DNA of 63,214 nt, counting the filler. It is 4 parts of 4 records of this genome, joined end to end, with 100 filler letters (N's around TTAATTAATTAA, not from the genome) between each part and the next. Parts side by side here need not be neighbours in the genome. Positions count along the whole stretch, not along the records: positions 31,550 to 45,928 come from SRR20825019_1432; positions 46,029 to 57,632 come from SRR20825019_1438; 2 more parts are not named here. One strand, given 5' to 3'. Numbering within the stretch: position 1 is the stretch's first letter; the number at the start of each line of letters is the position of its first letter. The notes beneath the pieces are model-generated. The model ran no database searches, was not told where the DNA came from, and was given only the letters and a program-made list of their open reading frames with translations. This document shows, in pieces, positions 44,330-53,923 of this stretch. The position numbers and the translations under genes are program-made.

Positions 44330-45928
44330 CTACATTTGCTTTAAGGTTCTTGATGCCTCAAATTGCGACAAAAACACTTCACCAGTTAACTCGGCCAAAA
44401 AATGCGCCCGTTTCAAGCGGTCCATCACGGGACCTTTGACTTCGGACAGATGCAACTTCACGCCCATTTCATGCAGCCTCGCATTGATGGTTTCAAGAGA
44501 TTCCAGAGCGCTGAGGTCGATGTCATTGATTGCTGAACACTGCAGGATGACGTGGCGGATGTTTTTGTCACCTGCCACCCGATTGTGAATCTTGTCTTCC
44601 AGATAGCGGGCATTGGCGAAATACAGACTCTCATCAACGCGCAGGGAAACGATGCTCTGGTCGGTAATCACGTCATGACGCAGTATGTTTCGGTAGTGTT
44701 CTGTGCCCGGCACCTGCCCAACTTCAGCAATGTGCGGTTTTGATGACTTGTAGAGATGCAGCAGAATTGACAAGCCGACACCAGCAGAAACGCCAGCTTC
44801 AACGCCTATCGCAAGCGTGATGATCATGGTCGCGAAAACGGCTGAGAAATCAGCTTTGGAATAGTCCCAGCTCCGCTTCAGGATAGAAAAATCCACCAAG
44901 CTCAAAACTGCGACGATGATGGTTGCGGCCAAGGTGGCTTTGGGCAGGAAATAGATCAACGGGGTCAGGGCCAGGGCGGCGATCGCCAAACCGACAGCAG
45001 TGAAGGCCCCTGCTGCGGGGGTTTCGGCCCCGGCATCGAAATTGACGACAGATCGTGAAAATCCGCCGGTCACGGGGAAACCGCCCGTCAGCGCCGCCCC
45101 GATATTGGCGGCCCCCAGCCCGATCAACTCCTGGTCAGGATCGATGCGCTGGCGTTTCTTGGCGGCGAGGGTCTGGGCGACAGAAATTGACTCCACAAAA
45201 CCGATGATCGAGATCAGAAACGCAGGAAGCAGAAGCTGTCCAAGCAGTTCAGGCGAGAACGAAGGGAGTGTCAGCGGCGGCAGGCTTTGGGGTACTTCGC
45301 CAACGATCTTGACCCCTTTGGCAGAAAGACCAAAGGCCCACACCGCAGCAGTCGTAGCGACCACGACAGCCACAGGACCGGTTTTCACGAGAACACCCGT
45401 GAGCCCATCCGAGAGACCAAACCGCTTGAGCAAAGGTCTCAATCCCTTACGCACCCAAAACAGGAATCCGGTCGCAAGGATGCCGATGATGGCAGTGATC
45501 CAGTTCGTCTCGGCAATATGCTCCGTGATGGAAATGACCAGCTCCAACAGATTGTTGCCTTCGGCATCAATCCCGAGGACGTGCTTGAGCTGGCTGGCCG
45601 CGATGATGATGCCCGACGCGGTGATAAAGCCCGCAATGACGGGGTGAGACAGAAAATTCGCGACAAAGCCAAGGCGGAACAGCCCCATGGCCAGCAGGAT
45701 AACGCCTGAGAGTGCCGCAAGCGACAGGGCGGCAACGGCATACCCCATCGTGCCCTGTTCAACGATATTGCTCAGCGCCGCGGCGGTCATCAGGGAGACC
45801 ACCGCAACAGGGCCTACCGCCAAAGCGCGGCTGGTGCCAAATACCGCATAGAGCATGATCGGCGCGATTGAGGCGTAAAGCCCCGCTTCGGGCGGCAGCC
45901 CCGCCAACAAGGCATAGGCCAGCGATTG
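44330..45928 (-). CDS. SulP-family anion transporter with STAS domain (5' end truncated)
   Basis: QSLAYALLAGLPPEAGLYAS, LSHPVIAGF, TGGFSRSVVN, and STAS motif LYFANA...IDLSA. Confidence 0.93.
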   Translation of the reverse strand, partial: QSLAYALLAGLPPEAGLYASIAPIMLYAVFGTSRALAVGPVAVVSLMTAAALSNIVEQGTMGYAVAALSLAALSGVILLAMGLFRLGFVANFLSHPVIAGFITASGIIIAASQLKHVLGIDAEGNNLLELVISITEHIAETNWITAIIGILATGFLFWVRKGLRPLLKRFGLSDGLTGVLVKTGPVAVVVATTAAVWAFGLSAKGVKIVGEVPQSLPPLTLPSFSPELLGQLLLPAFLISIIGFVESISVAQTLAAKKRQRIDPDQELIGLGAANIGAALTGGFPVTGGFSRSVVNFDAGAETPAAGAFTAVGLAIAALALTPLIYFLPKATLAATIIVAVLSLVDFSILKRSWDYSKADFSAVFATMIITLAIGVEAGVSAGVGLSILLHLYKSSKPHIAEVGQVPGTEHYRNILRHDVITDQSIVSLRVDESLYFANARYLEDKIHNRVAGDKNIRHVILQCSAINDIDLSALESLETINARLHEMGVKLHLSEVKGPVMDRLKRAHFLAELTGEVFLSQFEASRTLKQM

Positions 45929-46028
45929 NNNNNNNNNNNNNNNNNNNNNNNNNNNNNNNNNNNNNNNNNNNNTTAATTAATTAANNNNNNNNNNNNNNNN
46001 NNNNNNNNNNNNNNNNNNNNNNNNNNNN
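45929..46028. other. Artificial contig linker N44-TTAATTAATTAA-N44
   Basis: Same 100-bp cassette. GC content drops sharply after it. Confidence 0.98.
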
Positions 46029-46788
46029 TGGTGATGATGATTATTTATGGATGAAAGACTACCTACAATTAGATGGCGTTGTCTATAAATTGGTGCCAAT
46101 TAAAAATGCTATTGATAAAAGAAACCCTTTTGATATGGGTAGAATTGACGCCGATAAAATGTATGATATTGTTATGAGCTGGGATTGGGGTAATAGTGGC
46201 AGCCCAGAAATTTATCACGATACTGAAACTCGCAGAAACGGTATAACTTATAGAAGCAACCTTGCAAGACTCGCAGAAGCTCTGATAAACCAAGATGAAA
46301 AAGAAAAGGCAGAAAAAATCTTGGATTTAGCAATGGAAAAAATGCCTGTGAAATATTTTGAATATTATTCCCTTTTAGAACCTTATGTAATTGGTTATTA
46401 TGAACTGGAAAATATTGAAAAAGCCAGGAAGGTATATGAAGATGTAACTGCAAAATACCAAGAGCATCTTCTGTATTACAACGGGTTAAAATTTAGTAAA
46501 CAACGCGCAATTGCCGAAGATATTATTAGTGATATGGAGCGCTACCGAAGCTTGGTACAGCTTGTTGTTGTTTATGATGATGATGAAGCCTTTGCACGTG
46601 CAGAAGCAAAAAAATTCAATGATTATTTGAAGTTATTCCGTCATTTTTACTCTCCTGATGAAGCTATGGATTTGGATAGAGATGTAGAAAAAGATGCTTC
46701 GATTGAAATTCCATTAGATTCAAACTTATTGAAAAGAATGGAACGAGATCCAAGTCAAGAAATAGAAAATGAAACTCCAGTAAACTAA
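46029..46788 (+). CDS. C-terminal part of a Bacteroidota DUF2723-type membrane protein (5' truncated)
   Basis: WMKDYLQLDGVVYKLVPIK...WDWGNSGS..IYHD.ETRRN..TYR.NLARLAE. It sits upstream of a deacetylase, the usual Flavobacteriaceae context as I recall it. Confidence 0.7.
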
Positions 46789-46794
46789 ACTATT

Positions 46795-47418
46795 TTGAAG
46801 TTTAATGTGGTTAAAATGCCCAAGTTTATTCAGTGGTTATACCCTGAACGAATTTGGGCATTTTCACGTTCAAAAAATTCAGTTTACCTAACTTTTGATG
46901 ATGGGCCAATTCCTAAAGTTACACCTTGGGTTTTGGACGAATTAAAAGAACACAATGCCAAAGCAACTTTTTTCTGCATTGGCGAGAATGTAAAAAAACA
47001 TCCAGAAATTTATAAAAGGATTTCTTCGGAAGGACATACGGTTGGCAATCATACCTTCAATCATTTGAATGGCGTGAAAACAACTACTTCAAACTATATT
47101 GAAAACACAATACAGGCATCAGCGTTAATCAATTCAAAATTATTTCGTCCTCCCTATGGTCGTATATTTCCAAAGCAAGCAAAAATGCTTCAGAAAAAGG
47201 GTTTCAAAATAGTTATGTGGAATATAATAAGCTATGATTATGACGCAAGTATTTCTAAAGAAAAATGCCTTCAAAATGTTTTAAAACATATAAAACCAGG
47301 AAGCGTAATTGTATTTCATGATAGCTTAAAAGCAGAAAAAAACCTTCGGTATGTACTGCCGAAAGTTTTAGAATTTATTTTAGAAAAAGGCTGGAAAGCC
47401 AGTTCAATTATCAATTAA
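46795..47418 (+). CDS. Polysaccharide deacetylase (CE4/NodB)
   Basis: LTFDDGP, GNHTFNH, FRPPYG, IVFHDS. Confidence 0.93.
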   Translation: MKFNVVKMPKFIQWLYPERIWAFSRSKNSVYLTFDDGPIPKVTPWVLDELKEHNAKATFFCIGENVKKHPEIYKRISSEGHTVGNHTFNHLNGVKTTTSNYIENTIQASALINSKLFRPPYGRIFPKQAKMLQKKGFKIVMWNIISYDYDASISKEKCLQNVLKHIKPGSVIVFHDSLKAEKNLRYVLPKVLEFILEKGWKASSIIN

Positions 47419-47711
47419 ACATATTCGGTTACTAGTCCAATAAGTGTATTGGCATCTTGTTCCCCACTTTGGCGCCATTTCATTTCACCGTTTTTGTAGA
47501 TCATTAGCGTAGGCAAGCCTTTTACTCGAAGGGCTTCAGCAAGTTCTTTGTTTTTATCTACGTCTATTTTTATTACACGTGCTTTATCGCCAAGGGCGGC
47601 AGCAACATCGCGTAATACTGGGTGCATTTCTTTACATGCCTCATCCCATTCTGCAAAAAAATCTAACAGAACTGGGGTACGCGCTTCAATTAATTCTCCA
47701 AACTTTGACAT
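47415..47711 (-). CDS. Thioredoxin-like protein with atypical WDEAC active site
   Basis: PVLLDFFAEWDEACKEM...KIDVDKN...LPTLMIYK. Confidence 0.85.
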   Translation of the reverse strand: MSKFGELIEARTPVLLDFFAEWDEACKEMHPVLRDVAAALGDKARVIKIDVDKNKELAEALRVKGLPTLMIYKNGEMKWRQSGEQDANTLIGLVTEYV

Positions 47712-47765
47712 CTATCTATAGTGTTACTTGAACAATTACAATACAAATATAACATTTCCCGAATA

Positions 47766-48992
47766 TTATACCGTATTGTCTCTTTTTTTAAGTTGGATTA
47801 CAGTGATTTCTGGCCAAATACCAACGCGTCCTGGATATCCTAAAAATCCAAAGCCACGGTTTACGTTAATATACCTTCCAAATTCCTCGTAAATTCCAGC
47901 CCAATTTTTATAACGATACTTTATAGGGCTCCATTTTATAATCCCTGGGATCTCAATACCAAATTGCATTCCATGTGTATGACCGCTTAAAGTTAAATGA
48001 AAATGGCGTGTGTCATGTTTTACTTTCGATTGCCAATGCGATGGATCGTGACTCATCAAAATTTTAAAATCTTTTTCTGAAATTCCTTCACAAGCTTTAT
48101 TGAGGTCACCAGCTTGTTTAAAACCATTTTCTCCCCAGTTTTCAACACCAATCAAAGCAATTTTTTGACCGTTTCTTTCAAGATAACGGTTTTCGTTTAA
48201 TAACAGGTTCCACCCCATTTCCTTTTGAAGTGTTTTTAGCTTTTCAAGGTTTTCTGCTTTATCTGATGCATTTTCCCACTTTACATAATCTCCATAATCA
48301 TGATTTCCTAAGACCGAAAAAACGCCTTGCGGAGCTTTTAAGGTAGAAAATAGTTGTTTCCAATCGTTCATTTCATCAGTGACATTATTTACCAAATCTC
48401 CCGTAAAAAGTATAACATCGCTCTGCTGCTCGTTTATAAGGTTTATAGCGTATGATACTTTGTTGTGATTGTCAAAACTACCACTATGAACGTCGCTAAT
48501 TTGTGTTAAAGTGAAACCGTCAAACTCATCTGGCAAATCGTCAAACTCTAAAGCATATTTTAAAACTTTATAGTTGTATTTTCCCTGCACCATCCCATAG
48601 ATTAAAGAAGCAAAGGGAATTGCCGCAATACCAAGTGCCATTGTACTAACAAATTTTCTTCGTGAAGGCATATAAAAAGATTGGTCACTTCCGCCTATTT
48701 TCATAAAAATAGCTACGAAAAAACGGACTATATCTTCGCCAAACATAAAGATAACTAGCAGTAATTTAGGTGCAAAAACTGCAAGGAAAATTCCGAATGA
48801 ATACATTTTAGGCGGCTCTATCGCTTTGCCAGAACCCAAAAACGAAAGTTCATAAATCAAGCCTGCCAAAACGGCAAGAGATATAAATACATAAACTCCA
48901 TGTAACCACGGATTTTTTGTAATAGTTTTTATAGCCTGAAAGGCATAAATATCAACAAGAATATAAAAAACAATAAAGAGGAACCAACGCAT
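47766..48992 (-). CDS. Membrane-anchored metallophosphoesterase (YkuE-like)
   Basis: N-terminal TM helices, SDVH, TGDLV, LGNHDY, SHDP, SGHTHG. Confidence 0.9.
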   Translation of the reverse strand: MRWFLFIVFYILVDIYAFQAIKTITKNPWLHGVYVFISLAVLAGLIYELSFLGSGKAIEPPKMYSFGIFLAVFAPKLLLVIFMFGEDIVRFFVAIFMKIGGSDQSFYMPSRRKFVSTMALGIAAIPFASLIYGMVQGKYNYKVLKYALEFDDLPDEFDGFTLTQISDVHSGSFDNHNKVSYAINLINEQQSDVILFTGDLVNNVTDEMNDWKQLFSTLKAPQGVFSVLGNHDYGDYVKWENASDKAENLEKLKTLQKEMGWNLLLNENRYLERNGQKIALIGVENWGENGFKQAGDLNKACEGISEKDFKILMSHDPSHWQSKVKHDTRHFHLTLSGHTHGMQFGIEIPGIIKWSPIKYRYKNWAGIYEEFGRYINVNRGFGFLGYPGRVGIWPEITVIQLKKRDNTV

Positions 48993-49212
48993 AGAATAGA
49001 AAGAATTTTTAAAGGTAATGAGTTTCAAAAAACTGAAACAAAACTTCACTTTATTTTAACGATTTTATAGTTTAATACACAATTATAAATAAAGCAATGA
49101 GCCCTAAAAAACCATTTAAGTTCTTTAGGACTCGTTTGTTATTAACAGTATATAAATCGCTGAATTTTAAAAATGAAAAACAAGCTTTTTATTGATGTAG
49201 TACATAGATTTT

Positions 49213-51849
49213 CTATTGGGCGAAAATAATCTCGCCTTTACTTTCTTGTTCTTTAAATTTCATAACAAGTTCTAGTGCATCTGGAATTACATCACTACAA
49301 CAGATAATCAAAGTACCTTTTTTTGCATTTTTTACAGCATGGGTTATCGCTTCTTTTTCTGAAGGAATAATCGTTGTTTTTTTGTTTGGATCCTTCATTT
49401 TAATTCCATCATTAAGCATTTTAATAAGCTGTTCTTCAGATTTCCCACGAAGATGTTTGTCCTGACGGATTATTATTTCATCAAACATTTCAGCGGCAAT
49501 GCTACCTAATTCGTTGGTGTCTTCTTCTCTTCTATCGCCTACTCCAGCTATAATTCCAATTTTTTCAGTAGCTTCAAGTGAGTCTGTAAACTTTTGAAGC
49601 GCTCTCATTCCAGCTGGATTGTGTGCATAATCAAGCAAAATGCTAAAGTTTTCAAATTGAAAAAAGTTTAATCTTCCTGGGGTTTGTGAAGCTGAAGGAA
49701 TAAAAGTTTCCAAAGCCATTTTGGTATCTTCAATACTTATTCCGCGCACATTTGCAGCAATAACTGCTGGAAGAATATTTTGAATCATAAACGCAGCTTT
49801 TCCGCCATAGGTTAATGGAATGTTTTCAGCTTTCATAATACGCATTTTCCATGTACCACGACAAAGCGTTACGTACCCGTTTTCATAGATTGCTGTAATT
49901 CCGCCAAGTTTTTGAAGTGCTTTAATACGTGGATTTTCTTCATCCATTGAAAAAAGAGCAAGCTTACAGTTAATGTTTCTACGCATTTCATACACCAAAT
50001 CGTCATCTGCATTCAAAATTGCATACCCTTCAGGCAAAACAGTTTCTGGGATTACACCTTTTACCTTTGCAAGTTGTTCAATTGTGTGAATTCCTTTTAG
50101 CCCTAAATGGTCTGCTGCAACATTTGTAACGATACCAACATCACATTTTTTAAAGCCAAGACCCGCACGCAACAATCCACCACGAGCGCATTCTAAAACA
50201 GCGAAATTTACTGTTGGGTCTTTTAGCACAAATTCTGCACTTGCAGGACCGGTACAATCGCCTTTCATTAACAATCTATTTTGAATATAAACTCCATCAC
50301 TAGTGGTATACCCCACGCGATATCCTTTCATTTTTGCAATATGTGCAATTAACCGAGTTGTAGTCGTTTTTCCGTTGGTTCCAGATACTGAAATAATAGG
50401 AATCCGTCCCGTGTCGCCATGATTTGGAAATAATTTATCTACAACAGGAGCTGCAACATTTCGTGGCAAACCTGTGGTTGGGGCTAAATGCATTCTAAAT
50501 CCTGGACCAGCATTTACTTCTAAAACGGCACCTCCAGTTTCCTCTAAGGGTTGACTAATATCGGTAGTCATTATATCTATTCCACAAATATCAAGGTCTA
50601 TAATTTTTGAAATACGCTCTGCCATTGAAACGTTTGAAGGATGCACAATATCTGTTACATCCTCTGCGGTACCGCCAGTACTTAGGTTTGCGGTATCTTT
50701 TAATATTACTATTTCATCTTTTTTTGGCACCGAATCTTCGGTGTAACCTTTAGCAGCAATGATCGTTTTTGTGAGGTTATTTAATGTTATTTTGGTAAGT
50801 ACATTTTCATGTCCGTAACCACGACGTGGGTCGCTGTTAACCTCATCTACAAGTTCTTTGATTGTTGATTTTCCATCGCCAACAACTTTTGCGGGTGTAC
50901 GCTTTGCAGCGGCTACCAACACATTGTTTATTACAAGCAATCTATAATCTTCGCCTGTTATATATTTTTCAATAATTACTTTATTTGAAACTTCTTTTGC
51001 TTCTTTGAAAGCAACGAGTGCATCGTCATAATTTTTAATATTTACAGTAATTCCACGTCCGTGATTGCCATCAATTGGTTTTACCACCAACGGAAAACCA
51101 ACATAGCGACACGCTTCTTCTAAACTACTTTCCCGCGAAATAATATCGCCACGAGGCACTTCAACCTCAGCTTGTTCTAATAGGTATTTTGTGTCTTCTT
51201 TATCGCAGGCCAATTCTACACCAATACTACTGGTTTCAGAGGTTACCGTTGCTTGAATTCTTTTTTGATTTGCGCCATAACCCAATTGGCAAAGGGAATA
51301 TTTATTTAACCGAATCCAGGGAATTCCTCTTGCTTCGGCTTCTTCAACTATAGAACCTGTGCTTGGCCCAAGGCGTTCGTCTTCACGAATCTCTCTCATT
51401 TTTTGAATATCAGCCTCCAGATTATAGCCATCACCAGAAATAAGTGCTTCACAAATAGCAACGGCTGCTTTAGCGGCATAACGCCCTACATTTTCTTCAA
51501 TATAACTAAATACTACATTATAAACTCCTTTTTCGCCATAATCACGCGTTCTTCCGAAGCCTGTATCCATATCTGCAAGCGTCTGTATTTCGAGGGCAAT
51601 GTGCTCTATAATATGCCCCATCCATGTACCATCTTCCACTCTTTTAAAAAAACCGCCAGGCTCCCCTACACTACATCGATGGCTATACATACTGGGGAAC
51701 ATCATTTTCAATCGGTCACCAAAACCTTCTATTTTATTTGAAGGAAATTCTTCCATTTCCTCTAGATCTAAGACCATTACAATTAATTTATGACGACGAA
51801 CAGACCAGTAGTTTGGCCCTCGCATGGCGTTGATTTCCCTAATTCGCAT
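49213..51849 (-). CDS. cphA: Cyanophycin synthetase CphA1
   Basis: GPNYWS N-domain with Cx19HxxEH, ATP-grasp domain (KPIDGNHGRG, EVNAGPGFRMH) and Mur-ligase domain (GTNGKTTTTR, DYAHN). 878 aa. Confidence 0.96.
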   Translation of the reverse strand: MRIREINAMRGPNYWSVRRHKLIVMVLDLEEMEEFPSNKIEGFGDRLKMMFPSMYSHRCSVGEPGGFFKRVEDGTWMGHIIEHIALEIQTLADMDTGFGRTRDYGEKGVYNVVFSYIEENVGRYAAKAAVAICEALISGDGYNLEADIQKMREIREDERLGPSTGSIVEEAEARGIPWIRLNKYSLCQLGYGANQKRIQATVTSETSSIGVELACDKEDTKYLLEQAEVEVPRGDIISRESSLEEACRYVGFPLVVKPIDGNHGRGITVNIKNYDDALVAFKEAKEVSNKVIIEKYITGEDYRLLVINNVLVAAAKRTPAKVVGDGKSTIKELVDEVNSDPRRGYGHENVLTKITLNNLTKTIIAAKGYTEDSVPKKDEIVILKDTANLSTGGTAEDVTDIVHPSNVSMAERISKIIDLDICGIDIMTTDISQPLEETGGAVLEVNAGPGFRMHLAPTTGLPRNVAAPVVDKLFPNHGDTGRIPIISVSGTNGKTTTTRLIAHIAKMKGYRVGYTTSDGVYIQNRLLMKGDCTGPASAEFVLKDPTVNFAVLECARGGLLRAGLGFKKCDVGIVTNVAADHLGLKGIHTIEQLAKVKGVIPETVLPEGYAILNADDDLVYEMRRNINCKLALFSMDEENPRIKALQKLGGITAIYENGYVTLCRGTWKMRIMKAENIPLTYGGKAAFMIQNILPAVIAANVRGISIEDTKMALETFIPSASQTPGRLNFFQFENFSILLDYAHNPAGMRALQKFTDSLEATEKIGIIAGVGDRREEDTNELGSIAAEMFDEIIIRQDKHLRGKSEEQLIKMLNDGIKMKDPNKKTTIIPSEKEAITHAVKNAKKGTLIICCSDVIPDALELVMKFKEQESKGEIIFAQ

Positions 51850-51945
51850 AAGTTGGTTAATTTATTAGTTTAGTATGAATTTGATAAATATATAATTAAT
51901 TTTTATAACAATTAGCGTATTTTTGCCCGCAAACCAAATAAATTC

Positions 51946-52818
51946 ATGAGCGTAAAAGGAACACTCATCCCTGTTGGCGGAAACGAAGACAAAGGAATTG
52001 AAGAAAGTGAAATATATACTTTAGAATATATTCAAGAAGGAATTCTATCACGTGTAGTTCGAGAAAGTGGTGGTAAAGACGCCTTGATTGTTGTGGTTCC
52101 AACCGCTTCCAGTATTCCAGTTGAAGTAAGTGAAAACTACTTGCAAGCCTTTGGAAAATTAGGTTGCAACAATGTTCATGTTATGGATATTCGCAACAGG
52201 CAAGAAGCTGAAGACCCACTTCATTTAGAATTGATGAAAAAAGCAGATTGCGTTATGTTCTCTGGTGGTGATCAATCAAAAATTGTCCAATTCATTGGCG
52301 GTACATTATTGCATAAAATTATTTTAGAGCGTTATCAAAAAGACAACTTTGTTATTGCTGGTACCAGTGCTGGAGCAATGTGTATGAGCCAAGAAATGAT
52401 TACTGGCGGTGGTATAAAAGAAGCTTTTACTAAAGGTGCCGTAGGGATGGGAGCTGGAATGAGTTTTATACCAAATCTTATTATCGACTCACATTTTATA
52501 CGTCGTGGGCGTTTTGGGCGTTTGGCGGAAGCAGTAGCTCGACACCCAAAATTAATTGGAATTGGGTTGGCTGAAGACACCGGTTTGATAATTAAAAATG
52601 GCAATGTAGCCGAAGTAATTGGCTCAGGAATGGTAATTGTTTTTGATCCAAGAAAACTGAAACACAACAATCAAAAAGTTGTGACAGAAGGCTCACCAAT
52701 GTCGCTTACCAATTTAAAAACGCATATTCTAGCAAATGGCGACAAACTAGATATTAAGAAGAAAAAAATAAAGATATCACCTGTTCATATTGAAATGACG
52801 GATGCTCAGACTTTGTAA
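51946..52818 (+). CDS. cphB: Cyanophycinase
   Basis: GGNEDK, SGGDQ, GTSAGA (catalytic Ser), IDSHFIRRGRFGRL, EDT. Confidence 0.94.
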   Translation: MSVKGTLIPVGGNEDKGIEESEIYTLEYIQEGILSRVVRESGGKDALIVVVPTASSIPVEVSENYLQAFGKLGCNNVHVMDIRNRQEAEDPLHLELMKKADCVMFSGGDQSKIVQFIGGTLLHKIILERYQKDNFVIAGTSAGAMCMSQEMITGGGIKEAFTKGAVGMGAGMSFIPNLIIDSHFIRRGRFGRLAEAVARHPKLIGIGLAEDTGLIIKNGNVAEVIGSGMVIVFDPRKLKHNNQKVVTEGSPMSLTNLKTHILANGDKLDIKKKKIKISPVHIEMTDAQTL

Positions 52819-52847
52819 GTGGTAAAAATGCATCAAAATCATTAGCA

Positions 52848-53783
52848 TTATTCTTTATAAATTTTAACATCAACTTCCCCTTCCGAAGTTTTATAAGCGC
52901 GGTACATACCTTCTGTATTGAAAGGCATTGCTATATTTCCATTGGTGTCTACCGCGATTAATCCGCCATCTCCACCAATTTCTAAAACTCTTTTGTTTAT
53001 TACTTCTGAAGCTGCTTTTTCCAAAGACAACCCTTTATATTCCATCAAACAAGAAACATCGTAAGCTACCACACCACGGATAAAAAATTCGCCACTTCCT
53101 GTACAACTTACGGCACAGGTTTTATTATTGGCGTAGTTTCCTGCACCAATCATCGGGCTATCACCTACACGGCCCCAACGCTTATTGGTCATCCCGCCAG
53201 TTGAGGTTGCAGCTGCAATAGTTCCATTTTTATCGCAAGCAACGGCACCGACTGTTCCAAATTTGCTGTCTTTTTTTACACTGTGATCTAACTGAAAAGA
53301 ATCACTATCCTTTATTTCTTGCCATTGTTGATACCGAAGTGCATCATAAAAATATTCAGGCGACTCTAAACTGTAATCCAAACTTTTTGCAAAACGCATT
53401 GCACCTTCACCAGCCAAGAAAACATGATCGGATTTTTCCATAATATCGCGCGCCAGTGAAACTGGGTTTTTAATTCCTGTAATTAATGAAACCGCACCTG
53501 CGGCCAATGTTTTTCCATCCATAATTGAAGCATCCATTTCATGCGTGCCCTCATTAGTAAAAACACTTCCTTTTCCTGCATTAAAAAGCGGCGAATCTTC
53601 CAATGCTTTTACAGCGGCTTCAACAGCATCCATGGCACTTCCTTCGTTTTCAAGAATTGCATACCCTTTTTCAAGAGCATTGTTTAAAGCTGCTTTATAT
53701 TGCGCTTCTTTTTCTGGCGTCATCAGTCCTTTTACAAGTGTTCCTGCACCACCGTGGATTGCTAAGGCGTATTTTTTATTCAT
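52848..53783 (-). CDS. iaaA: Isoaspartyl peptidase / L-asparaginase (Ntn hydrolase)
   Basis: AIHGGAG, FNAGKG, GTVGAVA (Thr nucleophile), TSTGG, GRVGDSP. Confidence 0.94.
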   Translation of the reverse strand: MNKKYALAIHGGAGTLVKGLMTPEKEAQYKAALNNALEKGYAILENEGSAMDAVEAAVKALEDSPLFNAGKGSVFTNEGTHEMDASIMDGKTLAAGAVSLITGIKNPVSLARDIMEKSDHVFLAGEGAMRFAKSLDYSLESPEYFYDALRYQQWQEIKDSDSFQLDHSVKKDSKFGTVGAVACDKNGTIAAATSTGGMTNKRWGRVGDSPMIGAGNYANNKTCAVSCTGSGEFFIRGVVAYDVSCLMEYKGLSLEKAASEVINKRVLEIGGDGGLIAVDTNGNIAMPFNTEGMYRAYKTSEGEVDVKIYKE

Positions 53784-53923
53784 GATTCTTAGTATTTATG
53801 GAAGGCGAAAAATACGAATTGCCTTTTATAATACCCATTTTACAAATAAATTTCTTTTTCATAGAAAACACTTTATTTCTAAAGTGTTCTTTTTACTTTT
53901 GAAGCATACGCTTATCCAAAATT

